A model generated the notes under the pieces. That model made no database searches. It was not told the origin of the DNA and saw only the letters and a program-made list of their open reading frames with translations. This document shows, one piece after another, positions 9,220-19,620 of a stretch of 64,000 nucleotides of DNA. A program made the position numbers and the translations under genes. This DNA is from an uncultured Bdellovibrionales bacterium (GTDB lineage Bacteria; Bdellovibrionota; UBA1018; CAIPTA01), in NCBI GenBank assembly GCA_964551325.1, contig CAZKBU010000001.1, positions 385,184 to 449,183 of the forward strand. The letters are read 5' to 3'. The first letter of the stretch is position 1. Each line of letters opens with the position of its first letter.

Positions 9220-10020
9220 GTGCAACACTCAGAATCAATTCAGCCACGTTATGTGAAGTTCCTGGGCTACGCCCTGCTTAGCTTTCCGGGCACCTACATC
9301 CTCGTGCTTGCCACCTTCTACAACCTCAGCCTTTCGAAAATGGCTTGGATGTTTTTCACGTGGCCCTACATCGTGCATTCGCTTTTTGCTCTGGGAACCG
9401 GCCTAGCGCTGCTGCACATGAAACCATTTGCCTGGCATCTCTATGTGACCCACTCAGTGTTCGTGCTTTTCGAACAGGTTCATGTCGCCTACCGATATGC
9501 GGAGCGCCCGAACGTGGAGATTCCCGTGGCACTGGCCACTCTTACCACCCTGGGACTGCTTTGGTTTCTCCGGCGCGAACTGCGCGTGCCCTACTTCAGC
9601 CCGCGAATCGCCTGGTGGGAGAGCGATCCCCGCTACAAAATCAGCGTCCCCACCCAGATGACCAGCGCCGACCACCTCTACCAAGGCGAAATCATGGACG
9701 TGAGCGCCTCCGGCTGTTTCATCAAGGTGAAGGCATCGTTCAAGATCGATCAAACCCTGAACGTTAAATTTTCTCTCTTCGACCGTCAGTTTGCCTGTCA
9801 GGGCAAAGTGGTTTGGCGCACCGATGGCGGCGTGACCCATCCCAAGGGCATCGGCGTGAAGTTTATGGCCCTGGAAAAACCCGTGGAATCGGATCTGCGC
9901 GCCACCGTGAAGAAACTTCGAAACCTCTCGATGAAGTACCGAGAAATGCGCAAGGAAGAGAAAGCGTCCCAGATTGAGCGCAAGGTGGAAGCACTTCTCA
10001 ATGGCCGCAAGAGCGGTTGA
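9220..10020 (+). CDS. PilZ domain membrane protein (c-di-GMP binding predicted).
   Basis: Four N-terminal TM helices, then RRELR (RxxxR) and DVSASG (DxSxxG) PilZ motifs. Confidence 0.7.
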   Translation: MQHSESIQPRYVKFLGYALLSFPGTYILVLATFYNLSLSKMAWMFFTWPYIVHSLFALGTGLALLHMKPFAWHLYVTHSVFVLFEQVHVAYRYAERPNVEIPVALATLTTLGLLWFLRRELRVPYFSPRIAWWESDPRYKISVPTQMTSADHLYQGEIMDVSASGCFIKVKASFKIDQTLNVKFSLFDRQFACQGKVVWRTDGGVTHPKGIGVKFMALEKPVESDLRATVKKLRNLSMKYREMRKEEKASQIERKVEALLNGRKSG

Positions 10021-10053
10021 ACTATCTCCCCGTCTTCGTTACGATCCTCCTAG

Positions 10054-10821
10054 ATGCAAAAACTCATTCGATTCACCGGGTTTGGCCTCGTTTGCTGTGC
10101 GTTGATTCTTTCCGGCTGCGCCGGATCCAAGGCAGCTCGCCAAAAAGAAAAAATGGGAGAAGTTTATCTCTCCAACGGCACTCAGATGCTGATGGAGGGC
10201 GACTCCGCCCAGGCGATTACCACGCTCACCATGGCCACAAGGCATCTTCCAAAATCGCACGAAGCCTGGAACAACCTCGGTCTAGCCTTTGCAACGCAAC
10301 AGGACTGGAAGCGCGCAGAAACGGCCTGGAAGAAGGCGATACAGCTGAATCCTGGTTTCAGTGATGCTCGCGTGAATCTAGGTTCTTTTCACTTACAAAA
10401 CGGCAAGATTCGCGAAGCCGAAAAAGAGTTCCGGACAGTACTGGAAGATGTGGCCTACTTAAAAATGTTCCAAGTTCGATACAATCTTGGTCTGGTTTAT
10501 CTGAAAAAAGGAAATACGTTGGGCGCGGAAAACGAATTTATGAGTGCCGCGAGACTCGACCCCACCTACTGCCCCACATGGGCCCAACTCGGCATGCTCC
10601 AAAAGAGCAAAGGAGAATACCGTGAGGCGGAAACCTCATTCCGTAATGCAGTGAAGGGCACTTGCTTCTCCGATGTGGCTTCGCACTTCGAAATCGCTTC
10701 TTTACACATAAAAATCGGAGACATGGAGAAGGCCCGTTCCAAGTATTTGGAGATCATTCAATTTTTCCCCGACTCTGAGTTTGCCCGGAAGGCGGAGCAA
10801 AACCTTGCCCTCATGAATTGA
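10054..10821 (+). CDS. pilF: TPR-repeat lipoprotein, PilF/PilW/Tgl-like type IV pilus secretin assembly factor.
   Basis: Lipobox LILSGC. About 250 aa of TPR repeats. Located immediately upstream of a RodZ-like gene, as in the conserved pilF-rodZ neighbourhood. Confidence 0.55.
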   Translation: MQKLIRFTGFGLVCCALILSGCAGSKAARQKEKMGEVYLSNGTQMLMEGDSAQAITTLTMATRHLPKSHEAWNNLGLAFATQQDWKRAETAWKKAIQLNPGFSDARVNLGSFHLQNGKIREAEKEFRTVLEDVAYLKMFQVRYNLGLVYLKKGNTLGAENEFMSAARLDPTYCPTWAQLGMLQKSKGEYREAETSFRNAVKGTCFSDVASHFEIASLHIKIGDMEKARSKYLEIIQFFPDSEFARKAEQNLALMN

Positions 10822-10828
10822 AAGAAAA

Positions 10829-11752
10829 ATGGAACAACCGCACGAGACCCTCGGAAATTATATCAAGAGTGAACGCGTTAAGCGGAGCATCTCCCTAGAG
10901 CAGATCTCCTACGCCACTCGCATCAGTATGAAGATGCTCAGAGCCCTGGAAGACGATGACCATGGCTCGCTTCCGGCGCCCGCCTTCGTGCGCGGATACC
11001 TCCAGGCCTACGCCAAGTATGTGAGCGTGGACCCTCAGGATCTCATGCTGCGCTACCAGCATCACCTGGCCACAGCTTCCAACGTGAAGCGTTCCGCGCT
11101 TCGGTCGCACTACCTGTATGTAAAAGAACGCTACCAAGAAAAACGGCAGCTGCTTTTGATCGTTTCGCTCGTGGGGGCCTTGATCGTCAGCGCCGGAACT
11201 TATTTTGTGCTGAAGGGAAAACGCGAACGCCGCAAGGCCGCCGCTCAAGTGGCCGCGCTCACGCCGGCTCCCACGCCAGGTGATGCTGTATCTACCCCGG
11301 TGGTGGCGCCCCCCGCCGTGAAAGCAGAGGCCACCAAACCCGTGGAAACCAAGACCGACGGGAAGGCCGAAGTGAAGACCGAGACCAAACAGGCCACGCC
11401 ACCAGCCCCCACTCCCGCTGCGGAGCCCGACAACACCCCCAAGACCTACAATCTTTCACTCACCGCCACCGAAGACGTTTGGCTGCGCTTTCAGGCCGAC
11501 ACAGGTGAAATCAAAGACTTGATGCTTCGCAAGGAAAAGACCATCTGGGTTCGAGCCCATAAGGTTATCAAGATCTTCTCCGGCAACCTGGGCGCCATTA
11601 AGGCCAACTTCAATGGCCAAGAAATGAAGAGCCTGATGACCGCCGATCGCAGCAAAAGCGTTGTGCTGCCTAGCAGCGAAGCCGCCAACCACCCGCTTCC
11701 GCTCTTTCCCCCACAAGCGCACGATCCCAAGCCAGAAGAAAAGAAGGACTAA
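10829..11752 (+). CDS. rodZ: RodZ-like cytoskeleton protein (HTH-XRE domain, TM, Pro/Thr-rich linker, DUF4115).
   Basis: N-terminal HTH (ISLEQISYATRIS), a single TM, a P/T/A-rich spacer and a C-terminal DUF4115-like domain (LRFQADTGEIKDLMLRKEKTIWVRA). Confidence 0.65.
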   Translation: MEQPHETLGNYIKSERVKRSISLEQISYATRISMKMLRALEDDDHGSLPAPAFVRGYLQAYAKYVSVDPQDLMLRYQHHLATASNVKRSALRSHYLYVKERYQEKRQLLLIVSLVGALIVSAGTYFVLKGKRERRKAAAQVAALTPAPTPGDAVSTPVVAPPAVKAEATKPVETKTDGKAEVKTETKQATPPAPTPAAEPDNTPKTYNLSLTATEDVWLRFQADTGEIKDLMLRKEKTIWVRAHKVIKIFSGNLGAIKANFNGQEMKSLMTADRSKSVVLPSSEAANHPLPLFPPQAHDPKPEEKKD

Positions 11753-11840
11753 CGGCGCGGCGCGCATGCCCCCCCCCAAAGGGCCCTAACTTTTTCTTAC
11801 ACGCCATCAAGACGGCTTGACACCCATTTCTTACACACAG

Positions 11841-11972
11841 TTATCCACATCTTGTAAGAACTTATCCACACCGCTAACACGCTGAAATCATTGGGGAAAT
11901 ATTTTCTGCGGCGCGCTTGTCCACACTGACCTCCGCAAGTGCCAGGCTTATCCACAAATCCCGTTGATCCAC
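11841..11972 (+). promoter_or_regulatory. DnaA-box cluster: three perfect TTATCCACA boxes, two near-perfect boxes, and TTCTTACA repeats.
   Basis: Perfect TTATCCACA at 11841-11849, 11862-11870 and 11948-11956. TTGTCCACA at 11917-11925 and TTGATCCAC at 11964-11972. All are in the 350-bp convergent intergenic region between rodZ and the LptF/G gene. Confidence 0.5.
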
Positions 11973-12106
11973 GAGCGGTATTTACACGGCATTGTCAAAG
12001 ATTTGTCAGGATTCTTGTTTACCCAGAAGCCCCTGGAACGGCGGCCTTTCCGAGGAATTTAAACTTGGTCGATTTATAAACCAGCCCCAATGATCAGCTC
12101 AGACCC

Positions 12107-13297
12107 CTACCGCGACACTCTTCGCAGCATCACCACGCCCACCACAAGCAAAAGCACATTTGCAGCCCACATCGCCAGTGGCGGCGAGACTTTCCCGGCG
12201 TCGGCCATGGAGTACCCGGCCTGAAACAAGCCCCAGTAGCCCAGCAACACGAGTAAACAAATGAGGAACGAGTTGGATCGCACCGAACGAGTCTTCACCA
12301 CGCCAAACGCCACGCCGAGAATGGCAAATAGAACGCACGCCACAGACAGGACGATTCTCTTCCAGTATTCGATTCGATAGTCCTGCAGTTCTTTCGACTC
12401 CCACGCCACCAACCCATCTTTAGTCGCCTGCTTTTCTTGATGACGCTTGATCCCCTCCACGAGAGCATTCATGTCCATCGTCTTCGGCTGCTCCACTCCG
12501 ACTACCTTAGCCGTCTCGATCGGCAGGAAGATGTCGAACTGGGAAAATTCCGTCATCTCATACACTCCGGTACCCTGATTGCCCCTATGGAGAGCGCCGT
12601 CGAAGAGGCGCATCACGAGGCCTGGGATACCACGGGTGTCCTGGAAGTTAGGAAGTATGCGCCCAGTCTTGGCCACAACCGTAACAGGCGGAGACTCCTT
12701 ACTGCGCTCGTCGTATATCAACACGCGCTCCATCGAGCTGTCCTTGGAGTTGACCTTGTCGGCATACAACACGAGATCAAAAAAACCTTCCGTGAAAGTT
12801 CCCTCGTGAATCGTGGCGATCGCCTTCGTGTTGGAAATCCGAAAGAGTTCGTAACGAAAGCTTCGCGACCCGAACGGCACGAAATAGGCGTTGGCCGCCA
12901 TGTTCACCACCATCACCACCACACCGAGCAAAAGCACGGGCACCAGGAGCGAGTTCACCGACATCCCGGCCGCTCGCATCGCCATCACCTCCGCATCGGC
13001 CGACAGCCGCCCAAATCCAAGCAACACCGCCAGGAGGAACGCGATCGGAATAATCACCGGCACAAATGTGAGCGAGAGATACCCCATCAGCGACAGGATC
13101 GAGAAGCCACTTACGTTGTGAATCACGAAGAAGTCCGCCAAACGGACAACCTGGAACATCAAAAGCACGAACAAAAAGAACGCGGCCGCCCCCAGGAAGG
13201 GCCGCGAAACCTCAGACACTATATAGCGATAGATCGTCCACGGGATGGGACGTCCAATCCATTTCGGCAACAATGCTTTAAGCCCTTTAGTAGGCAT
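12107..13297 (-). CDS. LPS export ABC transporter permease, LptF/LptG (YjgP/YjgQ) family.
   Basis: 396 aa. N-terminal TM triplet, a periplasmic beta-jellyroll region and C-terminal TM helices. The IYRYI motif is present. Confidence 0.8.
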   Translation of the reverse strand: MPTKGLKALLPKWIGRPIPWTIYRYIVSEVSRPFLGAAAFFLFVLLMFQVVRLADFFVIHNVSGFSILSLMGYLSLTFVPVIIPIAFLLAVLLGFGRLSADAEVMAMRAAGMSVNSLLVPVLLLGVVVMVVNMAANAYFVPFGSRSFRYELFRISNTKAIATIHEGTFTEGFFDLVLYADKVNSKDSSMERVLIYDERSKESPPVTVVAKTGRILPNFQDTRGIPGLVMRLFDGALHRGNQGTGVYEMTEFSQFDIFLPIETAKVVGVEQPKTMDMNALVEGIKRHQEKQATKDGLVAWESKELQDYRIEYWKRIVLSVACVLFAILGVAFGVVKTRSVRSNSFLICLLVLLGYWGLFQAGYSMADAGKVSPPLAMWAANVLLLVVGVVMLRRVSR

Positions 13298-14687
13298 TCT
13301 TATTCACGAATCCTTTTAGAGGAGTGAGGAACAAGATCTTCAGATCAAAGAACAGCGTCCAGTTGCGAATGTAGTAGAGGTCGAACTCGATTCGCTTTTC
13401 CAGGCTCGTGTCGCCCCGCCAGCCGTTGATCTGGGCCCAGCCCGTGATCCCCGCCTTCACTTTGTGGCGCAACATGTAGGCCGGAATGTTGTGGCGAAAC
13501 TTGCCCACGAACTCCGGGCGCTCCGGCCTCGGCCCCACCAGGCTCATGTCGCCCACGAGAACGTTCCAGAACTGCGGCAACTCGTCGAGGCTCGTCGAGC
13601 GAAGAAACGACCCGATCGGCGTGCGGCGATCGTCGTTCTTCACGGCCCACACAGCGCCAGTTTCCCTCTCCGCGTCCACCTTCATGGAGCGAAATTTCCA
13701 CATTTTGAAGGTAGACCCATCCACGCTCATTCGTTCCTGCCCGTAGAAAATCGGGCCACGGCTCGTGAGCTTCACCAAAATCGCCACCGTAAGCAGTAGA
13801 GGGGAAAACATCAGTAACGCCAATCCCGCTCCCGCCACATCCAGAGCGCGCTTCAAGGCCCGCCCCCATCCGCTGATCGGAGTCTCGTTCAGGGCAAACA
13901 CGGGCACGCCGTCGAAGTCTTCCACACTGCAGCCCACTACTATGTAATCGTAGACGTCGGGCACAAGCTGCACGCGCAACATGGTGTCGCCGAGCGACTG
14001 AAGCAACTCCTCCTGAAGAGCGGAGTCGCTCCGAGGAAGGGCGATGATCACTTCGTCGAGCCCGGAAATGGCGGCGATCTTTTTGCCCAACTCCCGATAA
14101 GGGCCCAACACCGGCGCGGGCAGTGCGGCGTTCGCCTTTCCATCCAAGGTGAAGAACCCCAGCACCCGAATGCCCAGCTCAGGCATCCTTCGCATCCGGT
14201 CCACCATCGCCAAGGCGCTTTTTCCGTCGCCCACCAGCACCACGCTCGTAAGAGCTCGTCCGCGTCGCCGAAGGGCACGCAGTCCATTCCGCAGCCCCAG
14301 CCGAGTGCCCAGCACCCAAAGTCCCGAGATCACCGCAAAGTAGCCCACCACCACGCGGCTGAAGCGATACTCCGAAAACCCGTTGATGATCGTGCCGAAG
14401 ATCACAATCGCCACGAGATGGGCTCGTAAGGTGGCGCCCAGCTCGTTGGTGCGGCGCGTAATTTTAGATGAGTTGTAGAGCTGAAACCAAGAGAACGTAG
14501 CGACCCAAACTAGGAGCACTGGAATGGTCAAAGTGACGTAGCGCTCGAAGGGGGGGATGCCTTTTGTAACGGGTACAATCTGTGTATAAAAGCGCAGGTA
14601 ATACGCAAGAATCCAAGCGGCCACGAGACCGATGGCGTCGCTGACCACCAGCAGGCTGCCGAACACTTGGTAATACCGCTTTAACAC
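13287..14687 (-). CDS. Undecaprenyl-phosphate sugar phosphotransferase (WcaJ/WbaP-like bacterial sugar transferase).
   Basis: C-terminal catalytic domain (KMWKFRSM...DELPQFWNVLVGDMSLVGPRP) with N-terminal TM helices. Confidence 0.8.
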   Translation of the reverse strand: MLKRYYQVFGSLLVVSDAIGLVAAWILAYYLRFYTQIVPVTKGIPPFERYVTLTIPVLLVWVATFSWFQLYNSSKITRRTNELGATLRAHLVAIVIFGTIINGFSEYRFSRVVVGYFAVISGLWVLGTRLGLRNGLRALRRRGRALTSVVLVGDGKSALAMVDRMRRMPELGIRVLGFFTLDGKANAALPAPVLGPYRELGKKIAAISGLDEVIIALPRSDSALQEELLQSLGDTMLRVQLVPDVYDYIVVGCSVEDFDGVPVFALNETPISGWGRALKRALDVAGAGLALLMFSPLLLTVAILVKLTSRGPIFYGQERMSVDGSTFKMWKFRSMKVDAERETGAVWAVKNDDRRTPIGSFLRSTSLDELPQFWNVLVGDMSLVGPRPERPEFVGKFRHNIPAYMLRHKVKAGITGWAQINGWRGDTSLEKRIEFDLYYIRNWTLFFDLKILFLTPLKGFVNKNAY

Positions 14688-14737
14688 CTGCTTATTTTAG
14701 GTTTTTGGCCCACCAGCCGTCAACGAAAGGACCCAGA

Positions 14738-16243
14738 ATGAAAATCCATGTGAAAGTGAGTGCGTTCGAGGAAACCGATGAGAAGACCCACGTGATCGGC
14801 GTGTGGGAAGTACCCGGTAAAAAGGACTCCTTCACCTGTTCCCGCGAGGAATACACGGAAATTTTGGACCGTTTAGCCGCCGACGACGTGTTTAAGGCCA
14901 AAAAAGGTTCCCAGTACTTCGTGCGCTCGGTCGACGACTGCTGCCCCCACATCCTTTTCGTGGGCCTCGGCAATCCGGAAAAGGTGACCGGCGAGACCCT
15001 CCGCGAGGCCGGCGCCCATGTCGCCCATAAACTCGAAGGAGAAAAACTCTCGGAGGCCGCCCTCAATCTCGACACCTTCGACAACAAAAACCTTCACAAA
15101 GATCTCTCCATCGAAAAGATCGCCCACTCCCTCGCTCAGGGCGCGCTCTTTTCCCAATATTCCTTCGATCATTACAAGAGCGGCGACAAGAAGAAGCCAA
15201 AGCTCGAAACCATCACCTTCTACGTGGGCGGAAAAAAGGGTGTAGATAAGATTCAAAAGGCCGCGGCCGTGGCCGATGCAGAAAATCGCGCTCTCAAAAT
15301 CGCCCGCGATCTGTCCAACGAACCTGGCAGCCACCTTTATCCGATGGAGCTCGCCGCTCGCGCCCAAAAGCTGGCGAAAGAATACGGCATCACCTGCAAG
15401 ATCCTCGACAAAAAGACTCTCGAGAAAGAAAAGATGGGCGCCCTCCTCGGCGTAGGCCAGGGATCCATCAACCCACCCTGCCTGATCGTGCTGGAATACA
15501 AGCCGAAGAAAGCTAAGAAGACGATCGCCTTCGTGGGCAAGGCCGTGACCTTCGACTCCGGCGGTATCTCGCTTAAGCCGGGCCAAGGCATGGAAGAAAT
15601 GAAGCACGACATGAGCGGCGGCGCCGACGTGATCGCAGCCACGCTTCTTGCCGCCGAGCTGAAAGTGGACAACCACATCGTGTGCGTAGTGCCTGCGGCG
15701 GAAAACATGCCCGACGGAAACGCCATCGTGCCCTCCACGATCCTCACCACCCGCGCCGGAAAAACGATTGAAGTGCAGAACACCGACGCCGAAGGACGCC
15801 TCATCCTCTCCGACGCGATCGACTACGCGCAGGATTATGAGCCCGACGTGCTCATCGACGTGGCCACCCTCACGGGCGCCGTAGTGCTTGCGCTTTCCAG
15901 CGTAGCCGCCGGCATCATGGGTAACGACGACGGCGCGATGGCCAAGTGGAAAGCCGCTGCCGCCGAAACCGAAGAGCGCTATGTGGAGCTTCCTATTTTC
16001 CCCGAGTACGAGGAAGACATTAAGAGCAAGATCGCCGACATCAAAAACATCGGCGGCGAAAAAGGTGCCGGCTCCCAAAAGGGCGGCGCCTTCCTCAAGG
16101 CCTTCATCAAGAAAGACGTGAAGTGGATTCACGTGGATATTGCGGGAACAGCCTGGAGCTCAGGCAAGACCCCTTATCATCCGAAACACGGCGGCACGGG
16201 CCACACCGTACGTACGCTTACGCAATTTGCCGCGAACTACTGA
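14738..16243 (+). CDS. pepA: Leucyl aminopeptidase (M17 family).
   Basis: NTDAEGRL signature and M17 metal-binding residues. The start is chosen at MKIHV (AAAGGA Shine-Dalgarno sequence upstream). The ORF-track start is 14705. Confidence 0.85.
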   Translation: MKIHVKVSAFEETDEKTHVIGVWEVPGKKDSFTCSREEYTEILDRLAADDVFKAKKGSQYFVRSVDDCCPHILFVGLGNPEKVTGETLREAGAHVAHKLEGEKLSEAALNLDTFDNKNLHKDLSIEKIAHSLAQGALFSQYSFDHYKSGDKKKPKLETITFYVGGKKGVDKIQKAAAVADAENRALKIARDLSNEPGSHLYPMELAARAQKLAKEYGITCKILDKKTLEKEKMGALLGVGQGSINPPCLIVLEYKPKKAKKTIAFVGKAVTFDSGGISLKPGQGMEEMKHDMSGGADVIAATLLAAELKVDNHIVCVVPAAENMPDGNAIVPSTILTTRAGKTIEVQNTDAEGRLILSDAIDYAQDYEPDVLIDVATLTGAVVLALSSVAAGIMGNDDGAMAKWKAAAAETEERYVELPIFPEYEEDIKSKIADIKNIGGEKGAGSQKGGAFLKAFIKKDVKWIHVDIAGTAWSSGKTPYHPKHGGTGHTVRTLTQFAANY

Positions 16244-16250
16244 GGGTTTT

Positions 16251-17558
16251 ATGGAAAAGATCGTCCGCATTTCCGACATCAGTCAATACGTGGATCAGGT
16301 GGTGACCATCCGCGGATGGCTCTACAACCACCGGTCTTCCGGCAAGATCCGGTTTCTCGAAATGCGCGACGGCTCCGCAGGCACGATTCAATGCGTGGTG
16401 GCTCAAGGAACCTGCGACGACGAAACCTTCCGCATCACGGGCGAGCTCACCCAAGAAAGCTCTCTCGTCGTTACCGGAAAGGCGAAAGCCCACCCGAAAC
16501 GCCAGGGCGTGTATGAGCTCGACGTTCACCACGTAAGCCTCGTGAACAAAGCGGAGGTCAACTACCCGATTTCCCACAAAGAGCACGGCGTGGAGTTTCT
16601 GATGGAACAGCGCCACCTCTGGCTCCGCACCCCACGACAGGTGGCCGTGATGCGCGTGCGCGCCAGCATCATCAAAGCAATTCGCGACTTCTTCGACAAT
16701 CGCGGCTTTGTGCTGATGGATGCTCCGATTCTCACTCCCTCGGCCTGCGAAGGCACGAGCACGCTTTTCGAAACGGAGTACTTTGAACAAAAGGCCTTCC
16801 TGACCCAGAGCGGGCAGCTCTACGGCGAAGTGGGGGCCATGGCCCTTGGAAAAACCTACGTGTTCGGCCCCACCTTCCGCGCCGAAAAATCCAAGACCCG
16901 CAAACACCTCACCGAATTCTGGATGGTGGAGCCGGAAGTGGCTTTCTGGAATATCGACGAAAACATGGACCTCGGCGAGGCCCTCGTGACCTCGATCATG
17001 AAAGACGTGCTTTCGCGCAACCGCGCGGAACTCGCAGTGCTCCAGCGCGATGTGGCCAAGCTCGAAGAAATCGCCAAGGGTGGTTTCCCTCGCGTGAGCT
17101 ACGACGACTGCATCAAGATGCTCAATGAGAACGGCCACCCGTTCCCCTGGGGCGAAGACTTCGGCGCCCCCGAGGAGACTAAGATCGGCGATCTTTTCGG
17201 CGGCAAACCCGTTTTCATCCACCGCTTCCCGAAGCAGATCAAAAGCTTCTACTTCAAAGTCGACCCCACCAATCCCAAAGTGGCACTCGGCTGCGACCTC
17301 ATCGCGCCGGAAGGCTACGGCGAGGTGATCGGCGGCGGAATGCGTGAAGAAGACTACGAGACACTGAAAAAGGCCGTAGTGGAGCACAAGCTGCCGATCG
17401 AAGACTACCAGTGGTACCTCGATCTACGCCGCTACGGCAGCGTACCTCACGGCGGCTTCGGCCTCGGCCTGGAGCGCACCGTAAGCTGGGTATGCGGACT
17501 CGACCACGTGCGCGAGACGATCGCCTTCCCGCGCATGCTGAACTACCTCCGCCCCTAA
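16251..17558 (+). CDS. asnS: Asparagine--tRNA ligase.
   Basis: N-terminal OB anticodon-binding domain and class II motifs including [21 protein letters not shown]. The start is taken at MEKIVRISD. Confidence 0.9.
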   Translation: MEKIVRISDISQYVDQVVTIRGWLYNHRSSGKIRFLEMRDGSAGTIQCVVAQGTCDDETFRITGELTQESSLVVTGKAKAHPKRQGVYELDVHHVSLVNKAEVNYPISHKEHGVEFLMEQRHLWLRTPRQVAVMRVRASIIKAIRDFFDNRGFVLMDAPILTPSACEGTSTLFETEYFEQKAFLTQSGQLYGEVGAMALGKTYVFGPTFRAEKSKTRKHLTEFWMVEPEVAFWNIDENMDLGEALVTSIMKDVLSRNRAELAVLQRDVAKLEEIAKGGFPRVSYDDCIKMLNENGHPFPWGEDFGAPEETKIGDLFGGKPVFIHRFPKQIKSFYFKVDPTNPKVALGCDLIAPEGYGEVIGGGMREEDYETLKKAVVEHKLPIEDYQWYLDLRRYGSVPHGGFGLGLERTVSWVCGLDHVRETIAFPRMLNYLRP

Positions 17559-17571
17559 AGCGACAATCGCG

Positions 17572-18042
17572 ATGAGCCTCAACATCGTGCTCGTGGAGCC
17601 CCAGATCCCGCCCAACACGGGCAACGTGGGACGCCTATCGATCGCCGCCAAGTGTCGCTTACACCTGGTGGAACCTCTCGCATTCGACATTTCCGAAAAG
17701 GCCGTGCGCCGCGCCGGTCTCGATTACTGGAAGCACGTGGACCTAACGATCCATAAGAGCTGGAGCGAGTTCCGGTCCTCGCTCCCCACCGACGCACGCC
17801 TCTGGTTTTTCACGAAGTTTGCGAAGAAGTCGCTCTATGAAGCGGACTTTCGCGACGGCGACTGGCTGATCTTTGGCCGCGAAACGACGGGCCTTTCCGA
17901 GGAAATCCATAAGGGCGAAGACGACTCGCACTTCCTGCGCATCCCGATGCCCGGCAACGACATCGTGCGCAGCCTGAACCTCGCCGGCGCCGTGCACATC
18001 GCGCTCTATGAGGCCATGAGGCAGACGGGAGCGGTTCGGTAG
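17572..18042 (+). CDS. trmL: tRNA (cytidine/uridine-2'-O-)-methyltransferase TrmL (SpoU family).
   Basis: 156 aa. Near-collinear with E. coli TrmL (IVLVEPQIPPNTGN...RAGLDYW). Confidence 0.85.
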   Translation: MSLNIVLVEPQIPPNTGNVGRLSIAAKCRLHLVEPLAFDISEKAVRRAGLDYWKHVDLTIHKSWSEFRSSLPTDARLWFFTKFAKKSLYEADFRDGDWLIFGRETTGLSEEIHKGEDDSHFLRIPMPGNDIVRSLNLAGAVHIALYEAMRQTGAVR

Positions 18043-18153
18043 AAAGAAGAGGAGGGCGGCACCACCTTAACTCTTTGGTGGAATGCTGCCCTGGGCGCGC
18101 GAGAATCATCTTTGACTCGTCACCCCCAAAGCACTGACAATCAAGATCGAAAA

Positions 18154-18175
18154 GACAAAGGCTTAGGCCTTTGTC
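18154..18175. terminator. Hairpin GACAAAGGC-ttag-GCCTTTGTC that overlaps the stop codon of the convergent hypothetical gene.
   Basis: A 9-bp perfect stem read from the sequence. It lies between convergent trmL and the 429 aa hypothetical gene, and is flanked by A/T-rich runs. Confidence 0.4.
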
Positions 18176-19452
18176 TTAGTTGAAAATTCCATCAAATCAT
18201 CCAGCGCTTTCTTTAGAATGTCTTTACCAGAACTTTTGTGTTGCTCAAAGAAAGAGAAAATTTTCTCCGGGGGCACATTTTCAACTCTTCCCAGCCAGTC
18301 GATTACGCCAAAAAATCTCACGGCGGAGGATGTTTTAAACTCGTTAAAAAGTCTTGCAAATAATTCCAGACGCTCTAAGACGGTTCGGTCGGTAAGAGTT
18401 GCCGAACCAAATTCAAATTGCTCCAAGCCCTCATCGTCTACAGGACGATAGACATGGTAGACAAAGACATTTCGTCCCGATTCAATGGCTTCAAGTAGGC
18501 GCGCCTGAACCCACGGAGCGGAAAACTCAAAGCATGACAATACAGCATCAGCAGCGGCTATGAGTTCACCATTTAAGAGTCTATCGACCCTCTTCGCAGA
18601 AACTTTGCTACCAATGAGGAGAACCACTGGACCCCTGGCGGGAACAGACAGTCGCTTCTTGTATAGATCCAACACAAATTTTTCCACCGCTTCTGCTTCG
18701 CTCAACGAGCTTTTGTTCAGGGGATTTTTGGGCAAAGACTCTAAGAGTTCTCTTTCAATCTGCGCGAATTCTTGTGGCTTAACATTCCGGATAGTTTCGA
18801 AAAGCGCATTTATCTCGGCGCTTGACTCACGCTTCAGCGTGAATATTAGCTCCGAAAGTTCATCCTCAATTTTTTTGATTTCCTTCTTCTTTTCTTCACC
18901 TGAAATTGAGCTCGATTTGATTTGCTCAACCAACATGGCGCGATCTTTTTGGAACGACTTAATCAGAATATTGAGTTTTAATCGGTTCTCAGGAGCCAGC
19001 CTCGTTTCAATTCGTTCGCCTCGCCTTGCCGCATCTAAGTCTTCATTCATGAGATCCAAAATAGTCCCCTCTATTGTGAGACGCGGCTGCTCTATGGTGG
19101 GGTCAGAAGCAGATCGTGACTGCCCCTTTGCATTCTTTCTCAGAACCCCCACGCATGAACGACAAATATGGCCATCTTTCTCAGTTCGCACGCCTCCACA
19201 AGTGGGGCACGGGCCCAAACCGCCGACTGGGCTTTTTCCCGTCATTCTATCAAAAACAGCTCTAATTTCTGGTGTAAGCTCAGGTGAAGCGCCTTTCTTC
19301 TTTTTCAGACGCCTTACAAAGATCGTCCCAGCAAAAAATATAATTGCGCCTAAAAATGACCAGTTAGGTGCATGATCCCAGTCAACAACAAGACCTCCTA
19401 TTGCTCCGAATAGAGTTGCACCTAAAATTGCTACGCTCAGGGGGGATCTCAT
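18163..19452 (-). CDS. Hypothetical membrane-anchored protein with two N-terminal TM helices, a zinc ribbon (CPTCG...CRSC), a coiled coil and an uncharacterised C-terminal alpha/beta domain.
   Basis: Read from the translation. No recognisable catalytic motifs. Confidence 0.5.
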   Translation of the reverse strand: MRSPLSVAILGATLFGAIGGLVVDWDHAPNWSFLGAIIFFAGTIFVRRLKKKKGASPELTPEIRAVFDRMTGKSPVGGLGPCPTCGGVRTEKDGHICRSCVGVLRKNAKGQSRSASDPTIEQPRLTIEGTILDLMNEDLDAARRGERIETRLAPENRLKLNILIKSFQKDRAMLVEQIKSSSISGEEKKKEIKKIEDELSELIFTLKRESSAEINALFETIRNVKPQEFAQIERELLESLPKNPLNKSSLSEAEAVEKFVLDLYKKRLSVPARGPVVLLIGSKVSAKRVDRLLNGELIAAADAVLSCFEFSAPWVQARLLEAIESGRNVFVYHVYRPVDDEGLEQFEFGSATLTDRTVLERLELFARLFNEFKTSSAVRFFGVIDWLGRVENVPPEKIFSFFEQHKSSGKDILKKALDDLMEFSTKTKA

Positions 19453-19620
19453 AGAATATCTATCGGCCCTGAACAGGAAGGACTTCAGGGTAGACTAAAA
19501 ATCACTTTGAGAACTCACCTGCAGGCGTGTTGAGAAAGAACCAACCTGTCAGGATGGAAAACCTGCAAAGAAAGCTCGCGCGCCCTGATTCGCCTCGCGC
19601 CCCCTCCCCAGACCCACAAA

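Noticed and set aside
8452-9228. 258 aa minus-strand ORF antisense to the nitroreductase gene.
   Set aside because: It lies entirely within a well-supported plus-strand gene and has no recognisable motifs. This is a typical shadow ORF in GC-rich DNA.
12437-13327. 296 aa plus-strand His/Arg-rich ORF.
   Set aside because: It is antisense to the LptF/G permease gene. The low-complexity composition is not protein-like.
14873-17387. Long antisense ORFs (419 aa and 389 aa) opposite pepA and asnS.
   Set aside because: Gly/Ala/His-rich translations are typical of reverse frames of GC-rich genes. The sense-strand genes have unambiguous family signatures.
18560-19375. 271 aa Ser-rich plus-strand ORF.
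   Set aside because: It is antisense to the 429 aa membrane/zinc-ribbon gene. The Ser/Phe-rich composition reflects reverse-complemented Glu/Lys codons.
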